From assembly GCA_951406725.2 (NCBI GenBank), contig OX597814.1, positions 211,792,001 through 211,856,000 of the forward strand: 64,000 bases of DNA. Direction: 5' to 3'. Below are positions 26,186-39,415 of the stretch, one piece after another. Below the pieces are notes generated by a model that saw only the letters and a program-made list of their open reading frames with translations, was not told the origin of the DNA and did not search any database. The DNA comes from Octopus vulgaris (Eukaryota). A program made the position numbers and the translations under genes. How positions within the stretch are numbered: the first letter of the stretch is position 1; the number at the start of each line of letters is the position of its first letter.

Positions 26186-27047
26186 TATGTATATGTACAT
26201 TCATTTCAAGAGACACCCTGCAGATTTCAATGTTGTTTTAATGATTTGGAAAGATCTATGTGAAAATGGTAACAAAATATGTAAATATTCGCAAAGTTAA
26301 ACACTAAAACATTAGACTACTGTTAGTTTTCACGTAATATTGACTATAAATCTGCAAAATATTACACTAAATCATCTTAACATAAAAATACATATTCTAG
26401 AATATTTAAGTGTAAATATTTGCGCATATCCAGTAGCTTTCATATTTTCAATGACTTACTTCCCTGTCCACAAAAACAAAAGTAAACAATCATAGTAGTA
26501 AACAGTAAAAAATAGATTAATATTGAGTGAACGCAAATTGCCGTCGGGGTTGGGTACAATTATGCTAATATCTATACCGTTGTTTGTAACAACGAAGCTA
26601 CCTTACATTCACGTATGAACTGCTGAAGGAAGAAAGAAAATATTTGTAGATATAGTTGTAGTGGCATTAGCGGTGATGTTTTTATTATGTTAATGATTAA
26701 ATGTAAAACATAGGGCTGAGGGGAATGTACCTGGGGGTGGGGAACATTTCTGGCTTTAAGGGTATCGCGAAGGCCTGGCTGGAGTCCCAGGGCTTGGAAA
26801 AACTAAATAACCGCTGCAATAAGTGAGTGAATCTGAGAGAGAAATATGTTGAACCAATTCTTAATTAACTGATCCTCCTATGTATTCTTTTGTCCAAAGC
26901 CGGAAGTTCGTCAGTAACCCCTTTGTATTGATATTAGTGAGTGTTTGTTATTTGGGACCCTGTGAGGAACCTAAAAAGATTTCAATGTGGAAGGCGTCGG
27001 TTAGCCATTCAGTAACACACAAAAATCTATCAGCTTCACTAGAGCAC

Positions 27048-27186
27048 TTATTGTTTGTAATTTAGTGTCAAAATTTTCGCCACTTGTTTACTAACAACAT
27101 TATTGCAATGCATGTCAAAAATGTTGTTAGCTACCAGGTCGCACTTTAAAGCGGCGAAAATTTTGACACCATATTACGAACAATAA
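27048..27186. repeat. Nested fold-back (MITE-like hairpin)
   Basis: 38 bp arms 27048-27085 / 27149-27186 with about 4 mismatches; inner arms ctaacaacatt / aatgttgttag. Confidence 0.85.
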
Positions 27187-27329
27187 ATATGTAAGTAAAG
27201 ATAACTGTCTTTGTGTTTCTGAATGACTACCATATGTTGTCAAAATGGCAATCATAAATATATACGTACATACACACGTACACGCACACACATATTCGTT
27301 AATTCTATTATTTATATGCGTTTCAGCAC

Positions 27330-27965
27330 AAGGCTGTGACCATTGGCATTTTGTCATTGGCTTTTGGTGAAGGAAGGAGATCGATATTGCTGCCTTGTTT
27401 CATGTTACTTGCTGTGATTAAGTTCATCTGTGATCTTGGATAGTAGTAGTTGAGTTGTCTCTTGAAATCATCTACCCGTACTCCAACTAGATCTCTCAGG
27501 TATCAAATAACCGTGAGCACTTGTATCTCGAACCATTTCAATATATGCTCCTTAATCTAGATGGCATGACTGGGGCATTTGAATCAGTGTAGATACCTCT
27601 AGTTCGAGGCTAGCATAGCACTCGATGCCAAAGTTTGGTGCAAAGACTCCAGGATCTTCCACGCGTATAACACAGCATATCTCTCACGTTCTCGATCCTG
27701 GGAGTACAGTCGCGGCTCTTTCTGTCTCTCCTAGTGCTGTAGCAGTTCTAATATCGATTCAATGTCCCTGGTGTGGTACGGCTGAAATACTTCTAATTCT
27801 GCTATTAAATCGACACTATGGGTTGACAACATTTGTGAGCTGTAGACTAAATGGCTGAGAACAAATGTCCTCCATAAAAGCTGCCTAATGTCCCGGTCTT
27901 TGTTCTGAATGTTTTTTAGAATACATCTGGCCATTCACCTGCATATTGTCACCATCTTGGTGATA
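27330..27965 (-). mobile_element. Old CR1/L2-group LINE 3' fragment (same family as 30222)
   Basis: LLWRTFVLSHLVYSSQ..IAELEVFQ; RERYAV; PNFGIECY, paralleling 30222-30700. Confidence 0.8.
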
Positions 27966-28503
27966 AGTGTGTGAAACGATGAAGAAAGAAAGAAAAAAAG
28001 AAAGAAAAAGTGAGGGAGAGAGAAACAAAAGAGAGAGAGAGAGGCCGTCTTTTGAGATGGTTGAAATTGTATTCTTATTGTTTGTTGTCATGCTGCCCGG
28101 CTTTAACAAGTAGTCTTTCTTTGGAATGGTTTAAGTTGATTACAATTCAAGATGTCAATTTAATTTTAGTCTTTGTTGTATAAATTTTCATTTTATCCAG
28201 CTATGAAACATAGATTATATCAAAATTGTTTTGGAGGTTATTAAATAAGTGTGAGAGTGTGTGGGTATGTGTGAGTGTGTGTGCGTATGTGTATGTGTAT
28301 GCTATGTGTGTTGCCTGCTTTAAGTGAATTTTTCCATTGTCTATATTTTCTATACTATTTCATTCCCGTTTTTCCTTTTTCCTTTTTCTCCCTCTAGCCA
28401 ACCCTCCAAATGTTCACCACTCACACATACAGACACCCATACATATGCACAAAAACACACACTCACACATATATGCACACACCACACAGAGACACACAGA
28501 CGC

Positions 28504-28561
<58 letters not shown>

Positions 28562-28854
28562 TGTTATTTGCACATATAGATTCAAAATAACAAACAAATT
28601 CTCTTCCAAACTGAAATCCAATTTTCAACTAAATTTCATATATGTAAAGGACAAATATTTTCTGTAAAAATATCATTCTTTATCAATTTCTGAAAGATTG
28701 AATCACTAAAAAAAATCATCCGAAATTCTGATTGCCTGCTTTCGTTGAGAATCCAATAAGATCCTTTAATCGATTAAGTTTCTTCCTAATTTTCTCAAAC
28801 TACGTAGAAATAGTATAATGATCCCTGTGTATATAAGTACTATATATGTTGCCT

Positions 28855-29090
28855 ATTCTACATCATACCTTGATACTGTGTGGGCTTAGCCCTGTTTATA
28901 TAATATTATAATATTACCTATAATGTAACATACTTTTATAATGTTTGGACTTAACCCTGTTTATAAAAGTAATATACATGTTACCTATACTTTATCATGC
29001 CTTGATACAGTGCGGTCTAAGCCCTGTTCATAAAATATTATACATGTTAATTATACTAAATCATACCTTGATACCGTGTAGGCTAAGATC
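28855..29090 (+). repeat. Degenerate minisatellite, about 66 bp unit, about 3.5 copies
   Basis: tcataccttgata..gtg.gg.ctaagccctgtttata.aa.att..a.atgttacctata recurs. Confidence 0.8.
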
Positions 29091-29169
29091 CCCATTAACA
29101 GGCCACTGATGTTTAAAATAAATTGATATCACTATGTGTTAACTCTTTCATTGGATTCCCCACCTCGTC

Positions 29170-29855
29170 GGGTCGCAATTTTTTCCCACGAGAGTTTCGG
29201 AACCTAGTTATGAACTGATTTGCATATAGCCAATGACAGCTCAACGATGAAACTAGTGTCCACCTAGTCACGAAAATAATCTGGTTGAGTTCAGTGGAAA
29301 ATGCGTGTTATAGCAAAATTAAACTGTTCTAAACGGTTTAATAGGGGTGACAAATGTGAAACTTAGTGTATAAAGTGAATGGGGAGCTGCTCACCGATAA
29401 TGCAATACGTGCTGCCAATTTGAGTAATTTACGAGAAAATGTAAATGTGTGTAGTTTCTTAATGTTTTCACTGATCTTGTACATACCTAATTTAAAATGT
29501 TAGTGTTGATCTGGAAACATCGTAATCAATATAGTGTTGTGTCGTATTGCGGTTTCCTTGCACATATAAATGGGTACATGCAGTATCACTCATCTCAGTC
29601 TGAGCGTAGGTAACTAATGTTAGCTCCATATAGAGATGGTGTTCAATTGATCTATGATGATGTTGGAGGGGGTATGTGGTGCTTATGTGTGACCTGCAAC
29701 GCTGTACTCACAGAGTAGCATACACCATTCCATGCCTGGCTGACTGTACTGTAGCAGTAAACAGATTGTAGAAGTGAGCTCTGATTGGCTGTATAGAAAT
29801 GTGTTGATTACTGGAGTCCAGAACACTCGTGGGGAAAAAAAATTGTAGGTGACCT
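29170..29855. mobile_element. Old MITE-like element with degenerate ~75 bp inverted ends
   Basis: aattttttcccacgagagt...tatagccaatgacagctca (29178-29244) versus tgagctctgattggctgtata...actcgtggggaaaaaaaatt (29775-29844). Confidence 0.6.
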
Positions 29856-29896
29856 GCTAGATGCAAGAGGAAACAGTGAGAAAAGGATGGGGTGAA

Positions 29897-30050
29897 TGAG
29901 TCGGCAGACGTTCGCCATTATCTTCTGCCGGGGCTCCGTGGAGCTTAGGTGTTTCGCTCATAAACACACACATCGCACGGTCTGAGATTCGAACCCGCGA
30001 TTCTTCGACCGCGCGTCCGCTGCTCTAACCACTAGGCCATATGCCACCAC
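29897..30050 (-). mobile_element. SINE head related to family A
   Basis: Reverse complement reads tggcctagtggttagagcagcggac...gggttcgaatctc (A and B boxes). Confidence 0.8.
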
Positions 30051-30221
30051 ATTCTGTCTTTATCTATTGTATATTTTTTCCAAACGCCCTTTCAGTTTCA
30101 TAAAGTATTTACTTCAGCTGACTAATACTTTGCTTCATATTGTTACATTGTGGCACAGGTATTTTCCCTCTAAGTTTTCTTATTCGTACACTGTTTGGTT
30201 ATGTAGTTTAAAAATGTATTC

Positions 30222-30787
30222 ACAGAACTTGAGGCGATCCAACGTAGCTACACGAAGAAGATAGCCTCTGTGCAGCATATAAGGTACTGGGAAAGACTCA
30301 AGAGATTTAAACTCTATTCCTTGGAGCGTAGGCGAGAAAGATATGCCATAATATACATCTGGAAGATCCTGGAAGGACTTGTTCCAAAACTTTGGCGTCG
30401 AGAGTTACACAAATGCCAGAACAGGGCGCCACTGCGTGGTGCCAAGGACTCTAATTAGCCATCAAGATGTAGGACAAGATACTGTGATAGCCTGGGCTTC
30501 CGAGGCCCACAGCTCTTCAATATCCTCCCGAAGAACCTACGAGACCTGCATGGGGTGGATGCAGATGTCTTTAAAATGAAACTGGATCTCTTCTTGTCAG
30601 GTATCCCAGATGAACCAACTTCACGGCAGGAGGTGCAGATGAGGGCAGCTGCATCGAACTCTCTCATGCACCAAATGGCAGTTGCTAAAAAGCATTCGTG
30701 AAGTAAAACCATGTAGCAACAGCAGATGGCGGCGCCCCAGCATGGCCACAGCTCGTGAGCTAAACTAGATACAATAAAAAAAAAAAA
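30222..30787 (+). mobile_element. 5'-truncated CR1/L2-group LINE 3' end with A-rich tail
   Basis: ELEAIQRSYTKKI..YWERLKRFKLYSLERRRERYAIIYIWKILEGLVP; GPQLFNILPKNLR; FKMKLDLFLSGIPDEP; stop at about 30700; 3'UTR ggcggcgccccagcatggccacag; poly(A). Confidence 0.92.
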
Positions 30788-31306
30788 TTCCCTCGATTTC
30801 TACATTTTACGTTTTAAATGTTTTATTTCAACATGAAAAGTCGTCACTAAATTTAGACAGCTATCATCCCTGATGACGGCCTGTTTGAATTCCAAGTTGT
30901 TATGTAGTTTAGGCAACTGCTTCAAAGTATACATCTTCAGTTTCACTATGGTCGAATAATACGCTTCGTATGTTTAGCATTTGTCCTTACTTGCACTTGG
31001 GAGTTTTACAGAAAACACGTGTTTATATAATTCTTAAACGTTTTGTCATTTCATATGTCGTATCTGAGCAACTGTCTTTATGAACATTTTAATACATCAA
31101 TAACACGATGTAAAGAGTATTAATATTTAGCAAATAAATCAGCATACCACGTATGAGTGGTATAATTTATTGGTTGATATCAAGATCAAATATATATTTT
31201 TCGGACTATGTAAGAAAGATGCTACTCGGTAAAAGCAGCCTTCTCTCCTTTCTGTATGAAACCAATCTTCTGTAATTTTTTCCAGGTGTTGTGTGTTTTA
31301 CGTGAC

Positions 31307-31425
31307 TATCATCATCATCATCATCATCATCGCCATCATCATCATCATCATACTCACCATTATCATCTTCGGCAGTAGCAGCAGCATGCCATCAACATTA
31401 CTAGCATGTAAGAAGAAGAAAACGA

Positions 31426-31515
<90 letters not shown>

Positions 31516-31530
31516 TGTTGTTGTTGTAGT
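31307..31530 (+). repeat. Compound trinucleotide microsatellite (CAT)n...(CAG)n(TAG)n(TTG)n
   Basis: Directly visible. Confidence 0.97.
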
Positions 31531-31573
31531 TCTTACCAACAATCTGACCGCTTTGTTTCACAAAGATGACAAT

Positions 31574-31733
31574 GGCGCAGGAGTGACTGTGTGGGAAGTA
31601 GCTTGCTTACCAACCACATGGTTCCGGGTTCAGTCTCACAGCGTGGCAAGTTGGGCAAGTGTCTTCTACAATAGCATTGAGCCGACGAAGCCTTGGGAGC
31701 GGATTTGGTACACGGAAACTGAAAGAAGCCCGT

Positions 31734-31769
<36 letters not shown>

Positions 31770-32026
31770 TGTGTGTGTGTGTGTGTGTGTGTATGTGTGT
31801 ATTTATGTGTGTGTGTGTGTGAGCGTTTGCATATCTGTGATTGTTCCCTCACATCGTTTGACAACCGCTACTAGTGTGTTTACGTCCCCGTAACTTAGCG
31901 GTTCGGCAAAAACGACGGATATAATAAGTACTAGGCTTACAAACAAGAAGATTCGTTCGACTAAAGGCGGTGCTCCAGCATGGCCGCAATCAAATGACTA
32001 AAACAAATAGAAAAAGAAAAAAAAGA
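31574..32026 (+). mobile_element. SINE family B
   Basis: Matches the 19834 copy; internal (TA)n(TG)n is expanded. Confidence 0.9.
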
Positions 32027-32515
32027 ATGTAATATCAACTTGATTATTTTCAGAACAAGCGTCACAAAATACACAATGCAATGTTATGCTTTAAATACAT
32101 ATTTGTTTTCTGAACGAGAGATCATTTATAACATATTATATAACATATCAGATTATATAACATATCAAAGCAGCTTTTTCTTCACTTCACAGTTCTAGCA
32201 ATATGATGCAGCAAAGGACAAAAGGAAACCCAGTTCTGCATTATCGTTACACTTGGTTTGTTGATGATACTAAAATAATACGTTTTGTAGTCGTGTTCGT
32301 GAGTATGTAACTGTGTATGAGCGTGCGTATGTTCTGTGCGTGAGTATATATGTGTTATGCATGTATGTATAAATGTATTATGCTTATACATATGCATATA
32401 TATATATATATAAATATATGGATACACACACACACATAAATGGAGACATACTCATGTATGTATAACTAGAAACATAAAAGATACGTATGTATGTATCTAT
32501 ATTTGCATGAATGTG

Positions 32516-32566
<51 letters not shown>

Positions 32567-32681
32567 TTAACAATTTATGTCTTGCTTCGAGAGCTGCATT
32601 CGGTATGATTCGTTAAATTTTGGTAGTAATGACTTATGTCCCTCTTCGCGTGTGGCATTTATGTGTAATAATGCCCTCTAT

Positions 32682-32718
<37 letters not shown>

Positions 32719-32743
32719 TATATATGTGTGTGTGTGTGTGCGT

Positions 32744-32774
<31 letters not shown>

Positions 32775-33160
32775 CGGGTGTGTGGAAGTGTGTGTGTAGG
32801 AGATTATGTTTATCTAGGTATATATATATATAGGAATTGTATTTATCTACGAAATGTCTTTCTATCGGAGCCGATGCAATTAGTTTGTTGAAAATCTCTC
32901 GCAGGTGTCTAAATGCACAAACGTCACTAAGTGTTCGTGACACAGCAGCGACCCTTCGTTTATTTCTCGGCAACTTTTGATACCTATTTAAAGAGATGTT
33001 TCGTACGTCTTAGATATTTATCCGTCTTATTGAACATATATCGACTATGGCTGCCGTGTTTATGTTGAGTGAATCTCGAAGTTTGATAAAAGTTTTTGTT
33101 TGTTACTTGTAAGTTCAATCCAGACCAATTTATGATTTTAGACAAACATAGAAAACATAT

Positions 33161-33236
<76 letters not shown>

Positions 33237-33664
33237 TGAATAACAAGGAAAAACGAGTTACGTAATCACAGTCATTGTCTTACAGACGTTTTTGTGTTAT
33301 AAAGATAGTGCACGACCGCAGCGAAGCGCCAGTGCATCGTCATGTAGCTTCCTCGCAGACTTAGTTTTAAACTCTGGACGGAAGATATATAATGATGCAC
33401 AAGCTCTCAGCTCTTACTGCACTATTTCCTATATCAGAAACAGACATAAGCTAATGAGGTTGATTGCGTAATATCCAGTTCTCTTGTCAATCAGTTCAGT
33501 TATATTACGCTCTGCAATCGCTTAATGCTTCACAACAAAGTATGTGTATAATAACCTTTTCTACCAAGAGGTTATTATTATCGCTAAGCCTTACATTAAT
33601 TAAAATGTACGCACACATTCGTACGTACACTCATACGCGCACATAGATACATATTTCTGTCGCA

Positions 33665-33729
<65 letters not shown>

Positions 33730-33744
33730 TATATATATATTCGT

Positions 33745-34020
33745 CAATTAAAAGCTTTACAGAGGCTTCTCTGCTTCTCCAACTCTCCACGCGACGGGCC
33801 CATCCAGCAACGTTAATACCTTCTCTGCCCTCCGCGCGTAACTTAGCCCTGACTCTACACCCTTCATGTTTGGCTTGGAGGTGCCGGAATAATACCGTTC
33901 TCGCCGTCAAAAATCTGGATGCAGAGCCTGATGCTATGGCCTCCTCTAATTCCTTAGTTAATTGCCCTTCTAATCTAGTTCCCTCTAAACTTAGCTCTTT
34001 TCCTAAATCTGAGAGACTCT
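33745..34020 (-). mobile_element. Tx1/L1-clade ORF2 fragment
   Basis: LEGQLTKELEEAIASG..RHLQAKHEGCRVRAKLRAEGREG..WAR, homologous to the 14776-15045 segment. Confidence 0.65.
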
Positions 34021-34574
34021 AAACGAATTAGAACAAAACCGTGCACGAATCGTAGTTATATTTGTGATTGTACTACAACACATCGATTTGGAACTCGGGG
34101 TAATTTTAATCTTTTCAGGTTAAAAATCATCAAAATTAATTTAATGTTAATTTCCGAGGAGAAGTCTAGTAAAACTACTAATTCAACAGATCGCAGTTTT
34201 TGACGCTTAACGAAGAACCGATGAATATATCTGTCGCTGGTGTTCTAGCTTTCAAGAACACTAACAAAAGAAAAGTAAATCTTTATTTCTCATCTTACAG
34301 AAACAAACACCTGATAATGATCGAGACAATGATGGATTAACTTAAAAACTCGTTGCGCCTCATCTTTCAATTTTCCATTTCCTTATCGTAGTAAGTTGCT
34401 ATTTAGTCTTTTTACGGTTGACTGACTTTTTAGAAACATGCCAAATTCCACACAGCTATACTTGTTAGTAAGCGCTTGCCTTTAGTATATGTGTACCCAT
34501 CTGATGTGTGTAGACGTTTATGTGTCTATGTTTAGTGTTAGCGTCTGTGTCTATATCACTATAACTGCGTAAGT

Positions 34575-34960
34575 GGAGACGCAATGGCCCGGTGTTTAGG
34601 GCAGCGGACTCGCGGTCATAGGATCGCGGTTTCGATTCCCAGACCGGACGTTGTGAGTGTTTATTGAGCGAAAACACCTAAAGCTCCACGAGGCTCCGGC
34701 AGGGGATGGTGGTGATCCCTGCTGTACTCTTTCACCACAACTTTCTCTCACTCTTACTTCCTGTTTCTGTTGTACCTTGTATTTCAAAGGGCCGGCCTTG
34801 TCACTATCTGTGTCACGCTGAATATCCCCGAGAACTACGTTAAGGGTACACGTGTCTGTGGAGTGCTCAGCCACTTACACGTTAATGTCACGAGCAGGCT
34901 TTTCCGTTGATTCGGATCAGCCGGAACCCTCGTCGTCGTAACCGACGGAGTGCTTCCATC
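34575..34960 (+). mobile_element. Full-length tRNA(Arg-like)-derived SINE family A with TSD
   Basis: A box tggcccggtgtttagg, B box ggtttcgattccc; flanking direct repeat ataactgcgtaagt at 34561-34574 and 34961-34974. Confidence 0.95.
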
Positions 34961-35149
34961 ATAACTGCGTAAGTATATTTGTCTTAGTTTGTATAGTTTT
35001 GTATATCTGTTAGCTTATTGGTTCATGTTTCTTGGGTGTATGTTTGTTTGAAATCACTTTAAAATGATATTGTTTATATTTTTAAACAGCTGAAATCTAT
35101 CAATGTACAATAAATATGAATTCCTGCTCGACCGTACACATAAATAAAG

Positions 35150-37095
35150 GGGCAATAACCAATTTCTGCGACAACATCAGTCCTAAGATCAAGTAAGATC
35201 TTAAAGGGCAGTGATGTTGTAATGATTTGGAGCTCTTAACCTTAAAGTAGTAACGTCATTAATTCATGTAGTATAGACAGGCAGAGTTTGCAAGTTGGTA
35301 GCATACAAATATTATGCCTCACCGAGAAACCAGTAAAGAAAGCCTGGGAAAGTTATACAATATAAGCACAGAAGACAGCGCATCCATCTGTGAAACCATG
35401 AAGATTTGAATGCCTAACATACTTTAGTGGACAAGTTAGATCTACTTGGCAAGTTTAAGGCCTGGGTTTACCAGCATGGCATTCTCCTAGATTTGTTTAG
35501 CCACTAGTGCTATGTGAGGCGGAGAGCTGGCAGAAAGGTTAGCACGCCGGGCGAAATGCTTAACGGTATTTCGCTTGTCGTTACGTTGTGAGTTTAAATT
35601 CTGCCGAGGTTGACTTTGCCTTTCATCCTTTCGGGGTCGATAAATTAAGTACCAGTTACGCACTGGGGTCGATGTAATCGACTTAATACCTATGTCTGTC
35701 CTTGTTTGTCCCCTCCATGTTTAGCCCCTTGTGGGTAATAAAGAAATAGGTATGTGAGATACACGTATCCACATTAGCTAGCTTCGCGAGGAGAGTTATC
35801 AGGTTGTTTTGGGAATGGCTAGGAAACGACGTAGTATTGCTGTGTAGAGAGGAAATAACTACATAAATCTCCCCATCAGCAGCCTGAAAGAAGGGTCGAT
35901 GGCAACCTCAGCGGAGTAAGTGATAACATACAATCATTCTTACATTCCAAAGTCTCTCAAGCTGATATTCACCTTAGGATTGCATGAAAGCTGGACAGCA
36001 TATGCTGCCGAGCCTGCAGAGTCGCAGCAAAGACGTAAAGATATAATACCTGTTGAACTTTGTAGATGAGCTGATCTAAGTAGCAGCACAAGGAACAACG
36101 AAGTCAGTAGCAGCACATGGAACAACGAAAGGAGAAGCAACACAAGAGGCTACTAATCTCGAATGCGTTTTCATCGTTGATTGAAGAGGTTTGAACCGGC
36201 AAAACTGTTGAGAAGTAGGGATCTTAGTTTAGGAAGTGTCCTAAATGTTGGTTAGTGGAAACTCCACCGGACAAAATTTCTGATTCAAGTAGTTTACGAG
36301 GCGCTACCAAACTCGTCAAACATGTTCCGCTGCAACATGTTTAGTTATCAGTTTCTCCCTATTTTTCTGAGTGAGAAATTCCAGCACTTCCCCAGTTGCT
36401 GTCGAGTAACTCTGGAAAGCACGGAGTTCTCATTATCACTGCAAGCACGAACCACAGTGTGATTAGCAATTGCGGATTCTTTGGTCAGATTAAGACGATT
36501 ACACCTTTTGTTAAGGCTGGAATGAAGAAGATTCCACCTGTCAGGTTCATCTCCACGGGGTTACAACTAACAATGCAAAAAGCGCAAGTGTAGGACAACA
36601 TAGTGAAGCAGCTGAAATCCCAAAAAGTGTCACCTCAACATCCATAATATTACACATAGAGCTGATGTTGGAAGCAGGTTATTCGGCTGGAACTTTATAG
36701 TTCCTAACTGGACAGTAAGGAGAAGTGAATCATACAACGAAAATGAAATAAGTTCAGGTTGTTCAACTGGGCAGTAAAAGGTTTTGACAAGTAAGCTGTG
36801 AAAAATTTCATGTGGAATGCAATTCGTCTGCATTACTGTCCATGTGCAGAGATTAAAACATAATAGCTATCAAAGAGTCTGCAGACGAGTGGACACCAAA
36901 TTTACTGTGGAGGTAGCAGAAGTTTCCTAATGGTAACAGTGAATCAAGATGTATGAACCCTGGAAATGGTAGTGAAAACTACATAATAAGAGGGCTTTGA
37001 CCTACCCTGACTGAGGTCACCTGGATGAGGGTATTTAACGAAAACCCTACACTCTCAGTAAATCGAGAAAATATCAATGATGATATATCCAGGAA
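35150..37095 (+). mobile_element. Decayed HERO-like (restriction-like endonuclease) non-LTR retrotransposon, 3' half
   Basis: LTEKPVK.SLGKLY; VDKLDLLGKFKAWVYQHGIL; LPISSLKE; SKVSQADI; KFLIQVVYEALPNSSN; FVKAG; KQVIRLEL; the 3' end ggtcacctggatgagggt...atcaatgatgatatatcc resembles HERO 3'UTRs as I recall them. Confidence 0.8.
35518..35750 (+). mobile_element. SINE family C (Meta-domain-like core) with TSD, inserted in the HERO element
   Basis: gccgaggttgactttgcctttcatcctttcggggtcgataaattaagtaccag; TSD tatgtgag at 35511-35518 and 35751-35758. Confidence 0.92.
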
Positions 37096-37902
37096 AGTGG
37101 TAGGGTAATGTAATTAAAAACAATTTGTAATTAAACATGTGTGAATTTGCGAGGTGTGTGTCAGACTTCTTGTGTGCGTGTTTGTACAGAAACATAAATT
37201 GAATCATTGAATTCCAAGATATAGCAAGAGAACTAATTTTATTTCTTCTAAATATTTCATATTACTTAAGCATTTGGATTTCAAATGCATATATTGAAAT
37301 CTCTCTTAAATTTGATATTACTTTAATATCTAATCAAACAAGTGGTGTTGCACAATAAGATGAAATTTTGAAGTGAGATCTGAAAACGGATACGCAGTTC
37401 CCTATCTTTCTGATAACACTAGTTTAATATTAATATAGTTTACCTAATAATTGCATTTCCACTTCAAATTATTTGCGAACATTATCTTCCAAACTAGGTT
37501 ATATGTTGTATCATCCTGTAAACAAGAAGTCCTTAAGCAGCATACACAAACATATAATTGCAATAGATTTCAACTTGTTACCATCTAATTGTCCATTAAC
37601 ATCTGTACAATTTATATATTGATATTGCTGTATCTCAGAAACATTAACATTTAAAATTTAATATTATCTAATTAAGTATTCAAATGCGGAGTTATATATT
37701 ATAATAACATGAACGCTGGACAATTATATAGGTCTCCTTAATAATAATTTTCGAAATAATCAAATCCTGTTTAGGAAAACTGCAAGTATCGGTTGTTGAT
37801 ATAAGGTTTAATGTCCGTTGTGGTCAAGTATAGAAATGATACGAATCGCCTGTTCCAGATCTGGTACACTTTCACATAGATAAGGACAATACCCAACTAG
37901 AT

Positions 37903-38290
37903 GGATATGGAAGCACTCCGTCGGTTACGACGACGAGGGTTCCGGTTGATCCGATCAACGGAACAGCCTGTTCGTGAAATTAAGGTGTAAGTGACTGAGC
38001 ACTCCACAGACACGTGTACCCTTAACGTAGTTCTCGGGGATATTCAGCGTGACACAGAGAGTGACAAGGCCGGCCCTTTGAAATACAGGTACAACAGAAA
38101 CAGGAAGTAAGAGTGAGAGAAAGTTGTGGTGAAAGAGTACAGCAGGGGTCACCACCATCCCTGCCGGAGCCTCGTGGAGCTTTAGGTGTTTTCGCTCAAT
38201 AAACACTCACAACGCCCGGTCTGGGAATCGAAACCGCGATCCTACGACCGCGAGTCCGCTGCCCGAACCACTGGGCTATTGTGCCTCCAC
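37903..38290 (-). mobile_element. Full-length SINE family A with TSD
   Basis: Reverse complement of the 34575 copy; TSD tacccaactagat at 37890-37902 and 38291-38303. Confidence 0.95.
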
Positions 38291-38935
38291 TACCCAACTA
38301 GATAATACATAATGAAACGTACGTGCTTCAAATTTGCTACGTTATATATATATACCATTTTTATTTTCAATTCATGGCTATGGGACCATAAAGATAAACA
38401 TGGCGTCTATAGTGAACAGGGATTAGTTGAACAAGTCAGCGCACGACGTATTCTCTGAAGCTTGATTATAGAAAATGGTGGTTATTCTAGCGTTATATGT
38501 GGAGTTATGTGACTTCACTGATCCCGGATTTTTTCTGTTTTGATGCGTGTTTTATATTTATCAGAACTGAAGAACAAAGGTGATATTCATGATGGTGTTC
38601 GATTATCAATCTGTAGCAGTTACAGGAATAATTTCTCTAATTTTACATTTATGGCAAATAACGGTGGAGTGTACCACATCCCAAAACATGCTGCCTTTCA
38701 ATGTCAGTATATCGGGATTAAACTAAAATTGTGTAATAGGATGATCATTTCGGGATTATTTGATTGCGTGGTGGAAGACCTAAAGTAATATGCGACTGAA
38801 TAAATATCACATACTCACATACGGATAAATAGAGAGATACATGCATAGAAAGAGATAGATAAGTGAGTGTACGTTTTTAAGTGTACGTGTATGTGTGTAT
38901 ATATATACATACATCTAAATATATATATATATGTA

Positions 38936-39038
<103 letters not shown>

Positions 39039-39168
39039 TTCAGCAAAATTTAGATTCAAATGAATATGGTACTTAAGTCAGATGCACCATAATTTTGTAC
39101 GGTGTTATCCATATAAAACCACGGGGTGATTATAGTCAAAATAAGCAACAAGAATATCTTCGGTAATT

Positions 39169-39252
39169 TGGTACGATCGTTTCACGTTACATCATTTTAT
39201 TAAACATTGTAAGTATTACAACAGTTTAAAAATGTTGAGCAATCATCAACCA
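39169..39252 (-). ncRNA. Type-I hammerhead motif with long stem II
   Basis: tgg-TTGATGA-[59 nt hairpin]-GAAA-CGATC-GTA-cca; palindrome acgatcgt. Confidence 0.6.
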
Positions 39253-39331
39253 TTTATAGAGGTTTTCATCAATACGTATTTATTTATAAAGGTTTTCATG
39301 AAAACAGGGAAATAAGTATATGTATTATAAA

Positions 39332-39415
39332 TGGCTGATGATTGTTCAACATTTTAAAACTGTTGTAATACTTACAATGTTTAATAAAATGATGTAGCGT
39401 GAAACGATGGTACCA
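39332..39415 (+). ncRNA. Type-I hammerhead motif with long stem II
   Basis: tgg-CTGATGA(39335-39341)-[catttta/taaaatg, aaac/gttt and ttgtaa/ttacaa helices]-GAAA(39401-39404)-cgatg-GTA-cca. Confidence 0.65.

Noticed and set aside
28855-29090. Regularly spaced repeat that might suggest a CRISPR array
   Set aside because: The whole unit is repeated with no unique spacers, the context is eukaryotic, and there are no cas genes.
30870-30960. CTGATGA-cggcc...ggtc-GAAT hammerhead-like stretch
   Set aside because: GAAA is broken and there is no stem III, cleavage triplet or stem I pairing.
34575-34650. tRNA-like sequences with A and B boxes (also at 19834, 29980 and 38220)
   Set aside because: They are SINE heads continuing into repeated bodies with TSDs; no complete cloverleaf.
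35170-35220. Small hairpin acaacatca...tgatgttgt
   Set aside because: It lies in HERO-like coding sequence (TTSVLRSSKILKG) and is probably incidental.
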